From contig CAVRZA010000002.1 in NCBI GenBank assembly GCA_963725665.1, positions 32,001-96,000 on the forward strand: a DNA stretch of 64,000 bases, given 5' to 3'. Positions 9,195 to 18,392 of this stretch are shown here, piece by piece (the stretch's first letter is position 1; each line of letters starts with the position of its first letter). A program made the position numbers and the translations under genes. This DNA is from an uncultured Actinomycetes bacterium. Its GTDB lineage: Bacteria > Actinomycetota > Thermoleophilia > UBA2241. Below the pieces are notes generated by a model. It saw nothing but the letters and a program-made list of their open reading frames with translations, was not told the origin of the DNA and made no database searches.

Positions 9195-10095
9195 GGTCGA
9201 AGTCGCTCGTGAAAGCGAGAAGCGACCCGTCGCTCTCACTAGAGAATCGACGGGCGTGCGTCTCGAGTACAAGCGGTTCAACGCCTTCCATCGCTGGATG
9301 CACTTCCTCACCATGACGAGCTTCACCGTACTCGTGTTCACCGGCATGCCGCTGAAGTACAAGGACGTCGGGTGGGCGCAGGCGACGATGAACCTCATCG
9401 GCGGTGTGGAGAGCGCAGCGATCCTGCATCGTCTCGCCGCTCTGGTGACATTCTTCGCATTCGGCTGCGAAGCCGTCTACATCGCGCTGTACATCGTCCT
9501 GCGCAGGGGCCCACTCTGGGGCAGCGCCACGATCATGTTCTGCCGCAAGGACCTGGCGGACGTGACGGCCATGTTCAAGTGGTTCTTCGGGCGCGGGCCG
9601 TACCCCAGGTTCGACCGGTTCACCTACTGGGAGAAGTTCGACTTCTGGTCGCTCGCCGGGGGCACCGTGATCATCGGCGGCACCGGCCTCATGATGTGGT
9701 TCCCCGTGCAGACGGCCAAACTGCTGCCCGGCGTCTTCCTCAACATCGCGCTGGTGATCCACTCGAACGAGGCACTCCTGGCCGTGGGGGTGATCTTCAT
9801 CTTCGTCCATCTGTTCAGCGCCCATCTCAAGCCGGGCTCGTTCCCTCTCGACAAGGTCATCTTCGACGGTTCGCTCCCCTATCGAGAGTACGTGCACGAG
9901 AGACCGCTGGAGTACGAACGGCGCATCAAGGAGGGTACCCTGGGGCAGGTGCTCGTTGAGTGCGACACGAGCACGACACGCGCGAAGGCGGCGATGGGTC
10001 TGTGGTACGTCATCACCATCATCGCGTTCGTGTGCGCCGCTGGTTTCGGCGTCTTCCTCGCGTGGGCGACGCTCACGTGGATAGGGCTGCTGTAA
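9181..10095 (+). CDS. di-heme cytochrome b subunit (CbcB-like), paralog 2
   Basis: GTG 9181 after GGAGGGG; FHRWMH, TGMPLKY, FDRFTYWEKFDFW, IHSNEALLA. Confidence 0.88.
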   Translation: MAQTEVEVARESEKRPVALTRESTGVRLEYKRFNAFHRWMHFLTMTSFTVLVFTGMPLKYKDVGWAQATMNLIGGVESAAILHRLAALVTFFAFGCEAVYIALYIVLRRGPLWGSATIMFCRKDLADVTAMFKWFFGRGPYPRFDRFTYWEKFDFWSLAGGTVIIGGTGLMMWFPVQTAKLLPGVFLNIALVIHSNEALLAVGVIFIFVHLFSAHLKPGSFPLDKVIFDGSLPYREYVHERPLEYERRIKEGTLGQVLVECDTSTTRAKAAMGLWYVITIIAFVCAAGFGVFLAWATLTWIGLL

Positions 10096-10169
10096 GCTAA
10101 TCGACACGGCGCGCGGCTGGGGACGTCGCCGAAGGGCGACGGCGATCCGCGCGCCGGCGGGAGGTTGAC

Positions 10170-11729
10170 ATGGGAGCCATGGGCGTGAGAGGCAAGAGGC
10201 CGGGACTACTGCGCTGGCTCGCTGTGGTCGCGCTCGCGTGCGCGGGCGCGGCGGCCGGGCTGGCGCTCGCCGCCGCGCCCGCGCACGCCTTCGACCTGTG
10301 GCAGCACGACGGCGCCAGCGACTGCGCGTTCTGCCACAGCGCCGGCACGCCCACGAACGCCGTCTGCACGCAGTGCCACCTCAGCTACAAGACGATAAGC
10401 AGCCTGACGTGCTGGGCATGCCATGCCCCGGGCCAGGATGTCAGTTTCTACCAGACGGCGGCTGGTTGTTCGTCCACATGTCATCTCTACGCCGGCGGCG
10501 GACCTGCCGACTACACGGTCCCCGTGTCACACGGAACGACGCCCCATCTGGGGGCTGACTTCGCGCCGTGCACTGCCTGCCACTCGGTCAGTGCCAGCGC
10601 TACCGACCCCGACGGCAGCCCTCATCACGACGGCGTCCCGCAAGGTGTGCCGACGTGCGAGGACTGTCACGACGGCACCTTCGCCTCGGCCAAGCAGCCT
10701 CACGACGGTCTCTCGTGCCAGACGTGTCACGACAACTCGATGTCGCGTCCGGCGCTGAGCAACGCCTACTGCCTGGCTTGCCACGAGAACGCGAGCGACC
10801 AGACGGGGGCGACCCAGATCGTCTTCACTGGCAGCCTGAACTGCTACGACGCGAGCTGCCACGGCGTCGACGTCCTCCATACCACGTCGCCGCAGATGAC
10901 CAAGACCTGCACCGACTGCCACGCGCCCCACTACCAGGGGCTCGGCACGTGCACGACCTGCCACAGCGATGTCGAGGGCTATCACCACGGGCAGGCTCAT
11001 CCGATCCCGCTCGACGACTGCACGGCGTGCCACAACGGCACCCTCGCCCCCAAGAAAGCGAACCACGACGGGGTGACGCCCACGTGCACAGCCTGCCACA
11101 CCGGCATGGACATCCCGCCGCAGCCCGCGACGTGCACGAAGTGCCATTCGTCGGCCACGTTCGGCGGCAAGACCTGCACGAGCTGTCACAGTCCCGGCGG
11201 CATCTTCAAGCAGGAGCAGGTGCACAACACGGCCCCCAACACGGATCCGTGCACCCGCTGCCACGCCGGGTATCAGAAGCACGCCGGCGCCGTGGCCTGC
11301 AGGACGTGCCACGCGAACGCGACCAAGTTCCACCACAAGGTCGTCTCGAGCCCCGGCTTCAAGAAGTGCACGTCTTGTCACTCCAAGAAGCACGCCGGCC
11401 GAAGCATAGCGGCCTCGAAGTGCTCTGTATGCCACAAGGGCAACCGCCCGACCTCCAAGCCGCGGGCGCAACACTCGGTGACGGTCAGCAAGAAGCGCAC
11501 GTGTTCCGCCTGCCACCGCCAGCGAGCGCACGCGTCGGCCGTGTCGAGTGTCACGTGCACTAACTGCCACGGCAGCGTCTTCCACCGCCGCATGCCCATC
11601 CCCACGAGCTCGGTCTGCTACAGGTGCCACGCGAGTGCGAGATCCCACGCTGTGGGCTTCCCGTGCACGGTCTGTCACCCCAACCTCGAGCACAATCCTC
11701 GCCCGAGCGCCGGGTTCGCGAGGCTCTGA
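10170..11729 (+). CDS. secreted 23-heme cytochrome c
   Basis: Sec signal ending AHA; 21 CxxCH + CX3CH + CX4CH; no C-terminal TM. Confidence 0.92.
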   Translation: MGAMGVRGKRPGLLRWLAVVALACAGAAAGLALAAAPAHAFDLWQHDGASDCAFCHSAGTPTNAVCTQCHLSYKTISSLTCWACHAPGQDVSFYQTAAGCSSTCHLYAGGGPADYTVPVSHGTTPHLGADFAPCTACHSVSASATDPDGSPHHDGVPQGVPTCEDCHDGTFASAKQPHDGLSCQTCHDNSMSRPALSNAYCLACHENASDQTGATQIVFTGSLNCYDASCHGVDVLHTTSPQMTKTCTDCHAPHYQGLGTCTTCHSDVEGYHHGQAHPIPLDDCTACHNGTLAPKKANHDGVTPTCTACHTGMDIPPQPATCTKCHSSATFGGKTCTSCHSPGGIFKQEQVHNTAPNTDPCTRCHAGYQKHAGAVACRTCHANATKFHHKVVSSPGFKKCTSCHSKKHAGRSIAASKCSVCHKGNRPTSKPRAQHSVTVSKKRTCSACHRQRAHASAVSSVTCTNCHGSVFHRRMPIPTSSVCYRCHASARSHAVGFPCTVCHPNLEHNPRPSAGFARL

Positions 11730-11731
11730 GC

Positions 11732-12766
11732 TTGCGCATCAGGGTCACCACACGCAAGGTGGTCGTCGCCGCCGTCGTTGTGACGGCGTTCCTCGTTCTC
11801 ACAGGCTTCGCGCTGATCTCGACATCGACCACGGCCTTCTGCGGCCTCTGTCACAACATGAAGCCTTCCGTGGACGCGTTGGAGCGCTCGGCGCACGGCG
11901 GCGTGAACTGCGAGCAGTGCCACAGCAAGCCGGGGCCGTTCTTCTTCCTCACCGCTAAGCTGGAGGCGCTGCAAGAGCCTGTGAAGCAGATCAGCGGCAA
12001 CTATGAGGAGCCCATTCTCGGAGTCGTGCAGAACGCCTCCTGTCGCCGCTGCCACACCGATGAGCAGCTGTTTCCGACGATCTCCCGGAACGGCATCAAC
12101 GTCAATCACAAGCACCTGATCGAGGCCGGCTACCAGTGCGTGACCTGCCACTCCACCGTGGCGCACCTCGACGCCGTGCCGGAGGGCTCGCGCGCCTACC
12201 CGACCATGGACCAGTGTCTCGTGTGCCACAACAACCACTACACGGCCGCCGACGGCACGGTAGCCTACAGCCGCTGCGACCTCTGCCACGTCAAGCCTGC
12301 GGCGGGCACAAAGCCCGCCAACCACGTCGCCGACTGGCTGCGCGTTCACGGCAGCGCCGGCGTCCTCTCGACCTGCACCGCCTGCCACCCGCCCGTCGAG
12401 GGCGCTGCGCCTCCGCCAGGCGGCTGGACATCGCACCTCGACTGCACGGGTTGTCACCGTGGGGTCCTCATGCCGCATCCCGAGGTCTGGCTGCACCTGC
12501 ACGGCGCCGCGTCGCTCAAGAAGGGCGAGCAGAGCTGCGCCCTCTGTCACGATACGAAGACCTACTGCGTCGGCTGCCACCGTGTGCCCCTGCCGCATCC
12601 GGCCGACTGGGTGTCCGCTCATCCCCGGGTCGCGCGCGCGGACGCCGCCACATGCATGAACTGTCACAGGATTGAGAACTGCAACGCTTGCCACGAGGCT
12701 CACCAGAAGGGCTCGCCGCCAGCTCACCGCTTCCTGACCGGGCAGATCACGGGGAACGGGACGTGA
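11732..12766 (+). CDS. membrane-anchored 12-heme cytochrome c (NapC/NirT-like N-terminus)
   Basis: Probable TTG start just after the upstream stop; N-terminal TM; 12 CxxCH; C-terminal PHPxxWxxxH repeats. Confidence 0.88.
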   Translation: MRIRVTTRKVVVAAVVVTAFLVLTGFALISTSTTAFCGLCHNMKPSVDALERSAHGGVNCEQCHSKPGPFFFLTAKLEALQEPVKQISGNYEEPILGVVQNASCRRCHTDEQLFPTISRNGINVNHKHLIEAGYQCVTCHSTVAHLDAVPEGSRAYPTMDQCLVCHNNHYTAADGTVAYSRCDLCHVKPAAGTKPANHVADWLRVHGSAGVLSTCTACHPPVEGAAPPPGGWTSHLDCTGCHRGVLMPHPEVWLHLHGAASLKKGEQSCALCHDTKTYCVGCHRVPLPHPADWVSAHPRVARADAATCMNCHRIENCNACHEAHQKGSPPAHRFLTGQITGNGT

Positions 12767-12767
12767 C

Positions 12768-13952
12768 GTGAGCGACCGTGAGCCAATCGACCGTCCGCCG
12801 TACCGGCCGCAGCCGGACCCGACGCCGGAGCCGCCCGTGCCTTCGCGCCCCAAGCGGCGCTCGCGCCACCTGCTCGATCTCGTCCTCTCCAAGGGCTGGA
12901 TCGTCGGCGTACTCCTCGGCGTCGTGGTCGTGTTGATCGTCATCGCGATCGGCTTTGCGGTCGTCTACAACAACGCTTTCTGCGACCGCTGCCACGTGAT
13001 CAAGAAGGAGGTCGCCTCGTTCAACGCCTCGAGCCATCATCGTCCCGGAGTCGTTTGCCAGGACTGCCACACCAAGCCGGGGGTGTTCAACTACTTCATC
13101 CGTAACCTGCAGAGCGCAACGCACATCGTCGAGTACATCTCAGGGCGCTACCAGCGGCCTATCGTCACCTACGTGGCGGTCGAGAACTGCGTCACCTGCC
13201 ACCCCAAGGACCAGATAGAGCGCGACATCGTGGTGGGCAACATCCGCGTCAACCACACGGGTCTGCGGGAGGGAGGCTACCAGTGCATGACGTGTCACTC
13301 GCAGGTCGTCCACGGCGACGTCACGCCGGTCGGCTCGCGGGCTCCGGAGAGCACCATGCACATCTGTTGGCGCTGCCACAACGGCGTCGACCAGCCGCAG
13401 CGTTGCTCCATCTGCCACATCAACGGTGTCCCTCCGGGAACTGCTGAAGTCAAGATCCCGGTGCACATGTCGCAGGGCGACTGTACCGGCTGTCACGACC
13501 AGAAGTTCTGCGCCAAGTGCCACCACGGGCTCACGATGCCGCATCCATCGGGTTGGCTGAAGGCTCATGGCCCGGTGGTCGTCCAGCGTGGCGCGGCGAT
13601 CTGCGCCGACTGTCACACCAAGAAGGACCCCAAGTTCTGCATCCGCTGCCACGGCCTGCCCATGCCGCACCCGCCTCGCTGGCTCGCGACGCATCCGGCC
13701 GTGGCGACGAGCAAGCCGGCCCTGTGCGTCAAGTGTCACGGGCAGGACTCGTGCGTGAGGTGTCACGGCGTCGTGCTTCCGCACTCGGCGTCCTTTATCG
13801 GCAGTCACTGGGTAGAGGCTGCTCGGAGCGGCACCGTGTGCGTGAAGTGCCACGGCAACACGTCAGGCGGGACGACGGGCGCCGCGAGCTGTTACGGCGG
13901 CGACTGCCACGCACCTACACCTTCCGGCACGCTGCCCAACGGCAGACCCTAG
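12768..13952 (+). CDS. membrane-anchored 14-heme cytochrome c (NapC/NirT-like N-terminus)
   Basis: TM after Pro-rich N-terminus; 13 CxxCH + CX4CH; paralogous to the upstream gene. Confidence 0.9.
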   Translation: MSDREPIDRPPYRPQPDPTPEPPVPSRPKRRSRHLLDLVLSKGWIVGVLLGVVVVLIVIAIGFAVVYNNAFCDRCHVIKKEVASFNASSHHRPGVVCQDCHTKPGVFNYFIRNLQSATHIVEYISGRYQRPIVTYVAVENCVTCHPKDQIERDIVVGNIRVNHTGLREGGYQCMTCHSQVVHGDVTPVGSRAPESTMHICWRCHNGVDQPQRCSICHINGVPPGTAEVKIPVHMSQGDCTGCHDQKFCAKCHHGLTMPHPSGWLKAHGPVVVQRGAAICADCHTKKDPKFCIRCHGLPMPHPPRWLATHPAVATSKPALCVKCHGQDSCVRCHGVVLPHSASFIGSHWVEAARSGTVCVKCHGNTSGGTTGAASCYGGDCHAPTPSGTLPNGRP

Positions 13953-14332
13953 CCGGTAGTGTCTCCGCCCGGCCCGGCCGGGCACGTGCTGTCTGGCCGA
14001 CGATCGCCGCTGCACGGCCTCCGCTGCCCTGATAGAGGCAGACCTCCTGCCTTGTTGAGACCCGGCTGCGACCCAGGTTGACGGAAGACACAATAGCCGC
14101 CGAACAGCGAGCGTTGAACCTGAGTCTGGAGGAGGCGGTGGGACGCGGACGTTACGTCTGCCGCTTCTTTTCTGCCCGAATGCGGTGAAGCCCTTCGTGG
14201 CGGGTGGCACGAAGCGCAAGCGCCCGCGCATATGGGTCGCGACGCCTTCTCTACACGCCTCGAGCCCGCTCTGCACCGCCCCCGTGAAAGCGAGCCGTCA
14301 ACAGGCAATCGAGCGAGCCTCCCTCTTCCCTG

Positions 14333-15589
14333 TCAAGGGGACTCAGTCGAAGGGAAGATCGGCAAGATCTTGGCGTAGAAGTAGAAGAGGACGAACGGGA
14401 ATATCAAGACACCGACAGCACCGACCAGGCCCTCCTTCAGGGTGTCCCAGCCGTGCGGCACTATCGGCAGTACGTAGTGCATGTACCCGGCAAAGGTGAG
14501 AGAGAAAGCCTGACCTCCGATAACGACGTTCCATCGCATCATGAACACGCCGAACAAGACGAGCACGACGCCGACGACGGCCCTTCTGATGGTCAACCGC
14601 GGAGCGAGAAACAGAATCAAGGGGACCAGATTACCAAGACCGTATTGCAGCAAGAATATGGAAGTGAACTCGTTGCCGTAGATGGTGCTCCGCAGGACAT
14701 CCCAGGACTTGACGGCCGTATACCCGCGGAACACGAGGTCGAGAAGCTCAAGACTGATGGCCAGAACCAAGAAGAGCAGGAGGTACCTGGAGGTGATCTT
14801 GATCACGCTAACCTCGACACCGCCGATCTCCTTGCGACGCTCGAGCGGATTCGTGGACGATCGCCTTCTGCGCACCAACAGTTTTCTGAGCTCCATGGTC
14901 ACGATATAGGTCAGCATGCAAAGGGCGATGCCCGACACAATCGCCGACATGATGAAGATGACCGGCATGAGTGGGGTCATCCAGAGAGCATTCGCCTTGA
15001 CCGACCCAAAGATGAAACCGGCGTAGCCGTGCAGGAACAGAGCGACGGGAATGCCTACGCCCGCGAGCAGTCGTATCGCGGTCTGATCTTGGCGCTGCGC
15101 CTTCTCGCTGAGGTCATATGAACCGAGGGTGAGTACGGTGAATATCGCGTACGAGAATCTCTCTCTCAGGGTCCTGTGGGTCTTGGCCCTGAGCGACATG
15201 GATCGCTCGACGAAGTGCCTGCGGTAGAGGAACCAGAGCTCAGAGGCCACGATCGCGAAATACGTCGAGAAGACGATGCCAAAAGCGGCGATCGCCGAAG
15301 TGAAATGGGGGGTCATCAGCACGTTGATGCCTCTGAGCGGATGTTGAAGATGCAGCAGAAGCGGCAAGAGCGCTCCAGGCAGCAGCGCAAAGGAGAACAC
15401 CAGGGCGAAGCGAGCTATGTCTTTGAGCTGCTTGATGCCGAACACATGGTAGAGAGATGACAGTACAAATGCTCCGGCGACAAGGCCGGTCATGAAGGGG
15501 TACATGACGATTTGGATGCTCCAGTAGATGTATTCGTTCGGGAGGACGAAAAGGTCCCTTAGCGTCCAGAGTTCGCCGTGTACTACCAT
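14333..15589 (-). CDS. NrfD/PsrC-family integral membrane quinol oxidoreductase subunit (CbcU-like)
   Basis: W..QIVMYPFMTGLVAGAF, HLQHPLR, MRWNVVIGGQ; 8 or more TMs. Confidence 0.9.
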   Translation of the reverse strand: MVVHGELWTLRDLFVLPNEYIYWSIQIVMYPFMTGLVAGAFVLSSLYHVFGIKQLKDIARFALVFSFALLPGALLPLLLHLQHPLRGINVLMTPHFTSAIAAFGIVFSTYFAIVASELWFLYRRHFVERSMSLRAKTHRTLRERFSYAIFTVLTLGSYDLSEKAQRQDQTAIRLLAGVGIPVALFLHGYAGFIFGSVKANALWMTPLMPVIFIMSAIVSGIALCMLTYIVTMELRKLLVRRRRSSTNPLERRKEIGGVEVSVIKITSRYLLLFLVLAISLELLDLVFRGYTAVKSWDVLRSTIYGNEFTSIFLLQYGLGNLVPLILFLAPRLTIRRAVVGVVLVLFGVFMMRWNVVIGGQAFSLTFAGYMHYVLPIVPHGWDTLKEGLVGAVGVLIFPFVLFYFYAKILPIFPSTESP

Positions 15590-15590
15590 A

Positions 15591-16439
15591 TCAGCGCACC
15601 TCCCAGTCCAGGCCAACATAGTAGACTTGAGGTTTGGTCCCAAATTCGCTCTTGAGGACCGCAACACGCTCGGTTAAGATGGTCTTTGTAACGGGATCGT
15701 ACGGGTCTTTGATATTGGCAATCTGCCGTGCGCCGAATGGGCAAGCCTGCACGCAGGCCGGAGGTAGCTCCTTGGTGATGCGGTGATAGCAGAAATTGCA
15801 TTTTTCCGCCGTGCGATAGATTGGGTTGAAGAACCTGGCTCCATAAGGGCATGCCATGATGCAGTATCCGCAGCCGATGCACCATGTCCTGTCAACGAGA
15901 ACGACACCGTCAGGGGCCTGGTAGGTGGCGCCGACCGGACAGACCTGCACACAGGGGGGATTGGCGCACTGGTTGCATAGCTTGGGGACGAAGAAGGCCT
16001 TTTCGATGTCTTCCTGCTTGATGTCCTGATACTCGCCTGCCTGGGTACCGGCCTTGCCGCCAATCTCGGCCGGTTCCCCCTGCTCGGCGCCCTGACCGAG
16101 GTAGATCCTGGGGTCGACGTAGCCGTCGCGGCCGCCCTTTGGAGAGTCGGCATGAAACCCGCCGTCCTTGGTCAGAACGTACCGCTCTACCCAGGTGCGC
16201 GTGACGTTGGCGTCGTAGGGGATCTCGTTCTCCAGTTTGCACGCCTTCACGCAAAAGCCGCACCCGACGCACTTGAAGGTATCGACCAGGAATACCCAGC
16301 GCACTGCCTTGTCTGTCTTTAGTGCTTGCATGCGTGCCGGGCTCAGGAGTTCGAAGGCCGCCGCCGGCACCATGAGTCCTCCTACGGCTAGGGCCGTCTT
16401 CTTCAGGAAGTCTCGTCTCGATACTCGTCTCGACATCAT
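15591..16439 (-). CDS. Tat-exported 4x[4Fe-4S] protein, NrfC/DmsB family (CbcT-like)
   Basis: SRRDFLK Tat motif; CVGCGFCVKAC, CNQCANPPCVQVCP, CIGCGYCIMACPY, KCNFC..PACVQACP. Confidence 0.92.
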   Translation of the reverse strand: MMSRRVSRRDFLKKTALAVGGLMVPAAAFELLSPARMQALKTDKAVRWVFLVDTFKCVGCGFCVKACKLENEIPYDANVTRTWVERYVLTKDGGFHADSPKGGRDGYVDPRIYLGQGAEQGEPAEIGGKAGTQAGEYQDIKQEDIEKAFFVPKLCNQCANPPCVQVCPVGATYQAPDGVVLVDRTWCIGCGYCIMACPYGARFFNPIYRTAEKCNFCYHRITKELPPACVQACPFGARQIANIKDPYDPVTKTILTERVAVLKSEFGTKPQVYYVGLDWEVR

Positions 16440-16456
16440 CTCGGGACCTCGCGAGG

Positions 16457-17209
16457 TCAAGGCTGGAGCCGCAAGAACTGCAGGGCCGGTTTGTGTGGGT
16501 CGTGGCACCTGACGCACGCATAGCCGAGGTTATGACGCGGCTTGTCGTGGCATTTCAGGCAGAGCGCCCGGCTCTTGTCGATGGCAAGCTTCGGGGGGTG
16601 AGATGGATGGTTCTGTGCGGGGCCGTGGCAGTCTTCGCACTGGATGACCTCGTGCGGCATCCCGTTCGTACTGTCGACTTGCTCCTGGTGACAGGTCCTG
16701 CACCACACCTTTCCCTGGCGATGGCGGGACGCCGTTGACTGCAGATAACGCAGGTCCGGCTGGTGCGGGAGGTGGCATCTGACACACTCAAAGCCGGGGT
16801 TGTGAGTCCTTGGGTCGATGCCCCTGATGACCGCCCTTGCGCTTGACGGGTATAGCAGTTTGGCGTGGCATCTCAGGCACAGCGCCCGGCTCCTGTCGAT
16901 AACAAGCTTCGGCGGGTCGGTTGGATGATTCCTTGCGGGGCCGTGGCAGTTCTCGCACTGGATGATGGCGTGCGGCATCTCGCTGATCTTGGCGACCTGC
17001 TCCTGATGGCAGGGCTGGCAGTAGTCCTTTCCCTGATACTTGACCGTGACCTTTTTCCAGTCCTCGATGTTTCCTGCGCGGTACCAGCCGTACGTGTAGC
17101 CACGTGCATGCACGCCGAAATCACTTGGCACATAGAGTTGTCGGAATATGACAAGAATGGCGACGATCCCGATGATGACCAGTAGTGGTCTCAGGACGTG
17201 ACTCCTCAC
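16457..17209 (-). CDS. membrane-anchored 8-heme cytochrome c made of two tetraheme repeats (CbcS-like)
   Basis: GTG after GGAGG; N-terminal TM; 8 CxxCH in two homologous halves. Confidence 0.88.
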   Translation of the reverse strand: MRSHVLRPLLVIIGIVAILVIFRQLYVPSDFGVHARGYTYGWYRAGNIEDWKKVTVKYQGKDYCQPCHQEQVAKISEMPHAIIQCENCHGPARNHPTDPPKLVIDRSRALCLRCHAKLLYPSSARAVIRGIDPRTHNPGFECVRCHLPHQPDLRYLQSTASRHRQGKVWCRTCHQEQVDSTNGMPHEVIQCEDCHGPAQNHPSHPPKLAIDKSRALCLKCHDKPRHNLGYACVRCHDPHKPALQFLRLQP

Positions 17210-17756
17210 GGGCCGAACCTCCGGGCCCATCCCCGCCGCTCGGGTAGCCGTGGACCGCACGTAGAGCGTTGGGGCCGTGGAGAGCGCGCAGCGATCGAGC
17301 GTCCGCCGGAAGAGGTCCTCGCGCTGCTCGCGGCGATAGGGCCGGTGGCCGTACTCACCAGGTGTGCCTGCAAATGCGTAGGGCCGACCTCGTGGTCAAC
17401 TGGACCTCATCTAGTGCGGAGAGGATTTGACAGGACAGAGTAAAGGGTGTCGCAGTTGCGCACAACCACCTGATTCCCTCACGTCGATGGGCACCGGTCG
17501 CGCCGTCTCGCTTCCTGCCTGCCGCGAGTGACTTGGATGATGAGGGGCTCCGTCAAGACCTGTGCGGTTGAAGCTCGATACGGCGGCCCTGTCGGACAGT
17601 GCCTGCTTCCTGCCCCCGCGGTCAGTTGCGCCGCCTCCGTCGGCGCCCGTTCCTTGCCCTTCCCCGCACCCTGGAGAAGTCCGTGAAGCGCGCGAGATGC
17701 GTAAGCGTGAGGTGCCGGCTGTGGAGCAGACCGACCGGGTGGTAGAGTAGGCAGCC

Positions 17757-18392
17757 GTGCGCGATATACCTTCCTCACTCTTCGTCGGCATCTCGGGGGC
17801 CAGCGGCGCCATTTATGCCCAGCGCCTCGTCGAGCAGTTGGCCTCGTTCGGTTGCGAGCTCTCACTCTCGATATCGGAGACCGGCCTGGTCGTACTGCGC
17901 CACGAGCTTGGCTTCATCGGTACGACGCGCGAGACGATCACGCAGGCGTTCCTGGCACGAGCCGGCGCTGAACTGCAGACGGCGGTCTTCTCGCCCGACG
18001 ACCTCGAAGCGCCGCTGTCGAGTGGGTCGAACTTCCCCGATGCGGCCGTGATCTGTCCCTGCTCCATGTCGACGGTCGCGCACGTCGCCCTCGGGACGAC
18101 GCGCACCCTGTTGCATCGTGCCGGTGAGGTGGCCCTCAAAGAGGGGCGCCCGCTGGTGCTCGTTCCTCGTGAGACCCCGCTCTCAGAGATCCACCTCGCA
18201 CGCATGCTCGACGCGCGCCGTGCCGGGGCCCTTATCGTGCCGGCGTCGCCGGCGTTCTACTTCGGTCCCCAGACGCTCCAGGACCTGGTCGACCACGTCG
18301 TCGGCAAGGTGCTCACGTCGCTCGGGTTCGCCCAGACCCTTTTCACTCCCTGGGCTGCTGCCGGCACCGAGGATGCCGGCGATGACGACTGA
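17757..18392 (+). CDS. ubiX: flavin prenyltransferase UbiX (MqnM)
   Basis: VGISGASGAIY, PCSMST, LKEGRPLVLVPRETP, PAFY. Confidence 0.93.
   Translation: MRDIPSSLFVGISGASGAIYAQRLVEQLASFGCELSLSISETGLVVLRHELGFIGTTRETITQAFLARAGAELQTAVFSPDDLEAPLSSGSNFPDAAVICPCSMSTVAHVALGTTRTLLHRAGEVALKEGRPLVLVPRETPLSEIHLARMLDARRAGALIVPASPAFYFGPQTLQDLVDHVVGKVLTSLGFAQTLFTPWAAAGTEDAGDDD

Noticed and set aside
17448-17465. Additional Rex-like site upstream of the c8-NrfCD operon
   Set aside because: Only one half matches (TTGTGCG on the minus strand); too degenerate to call
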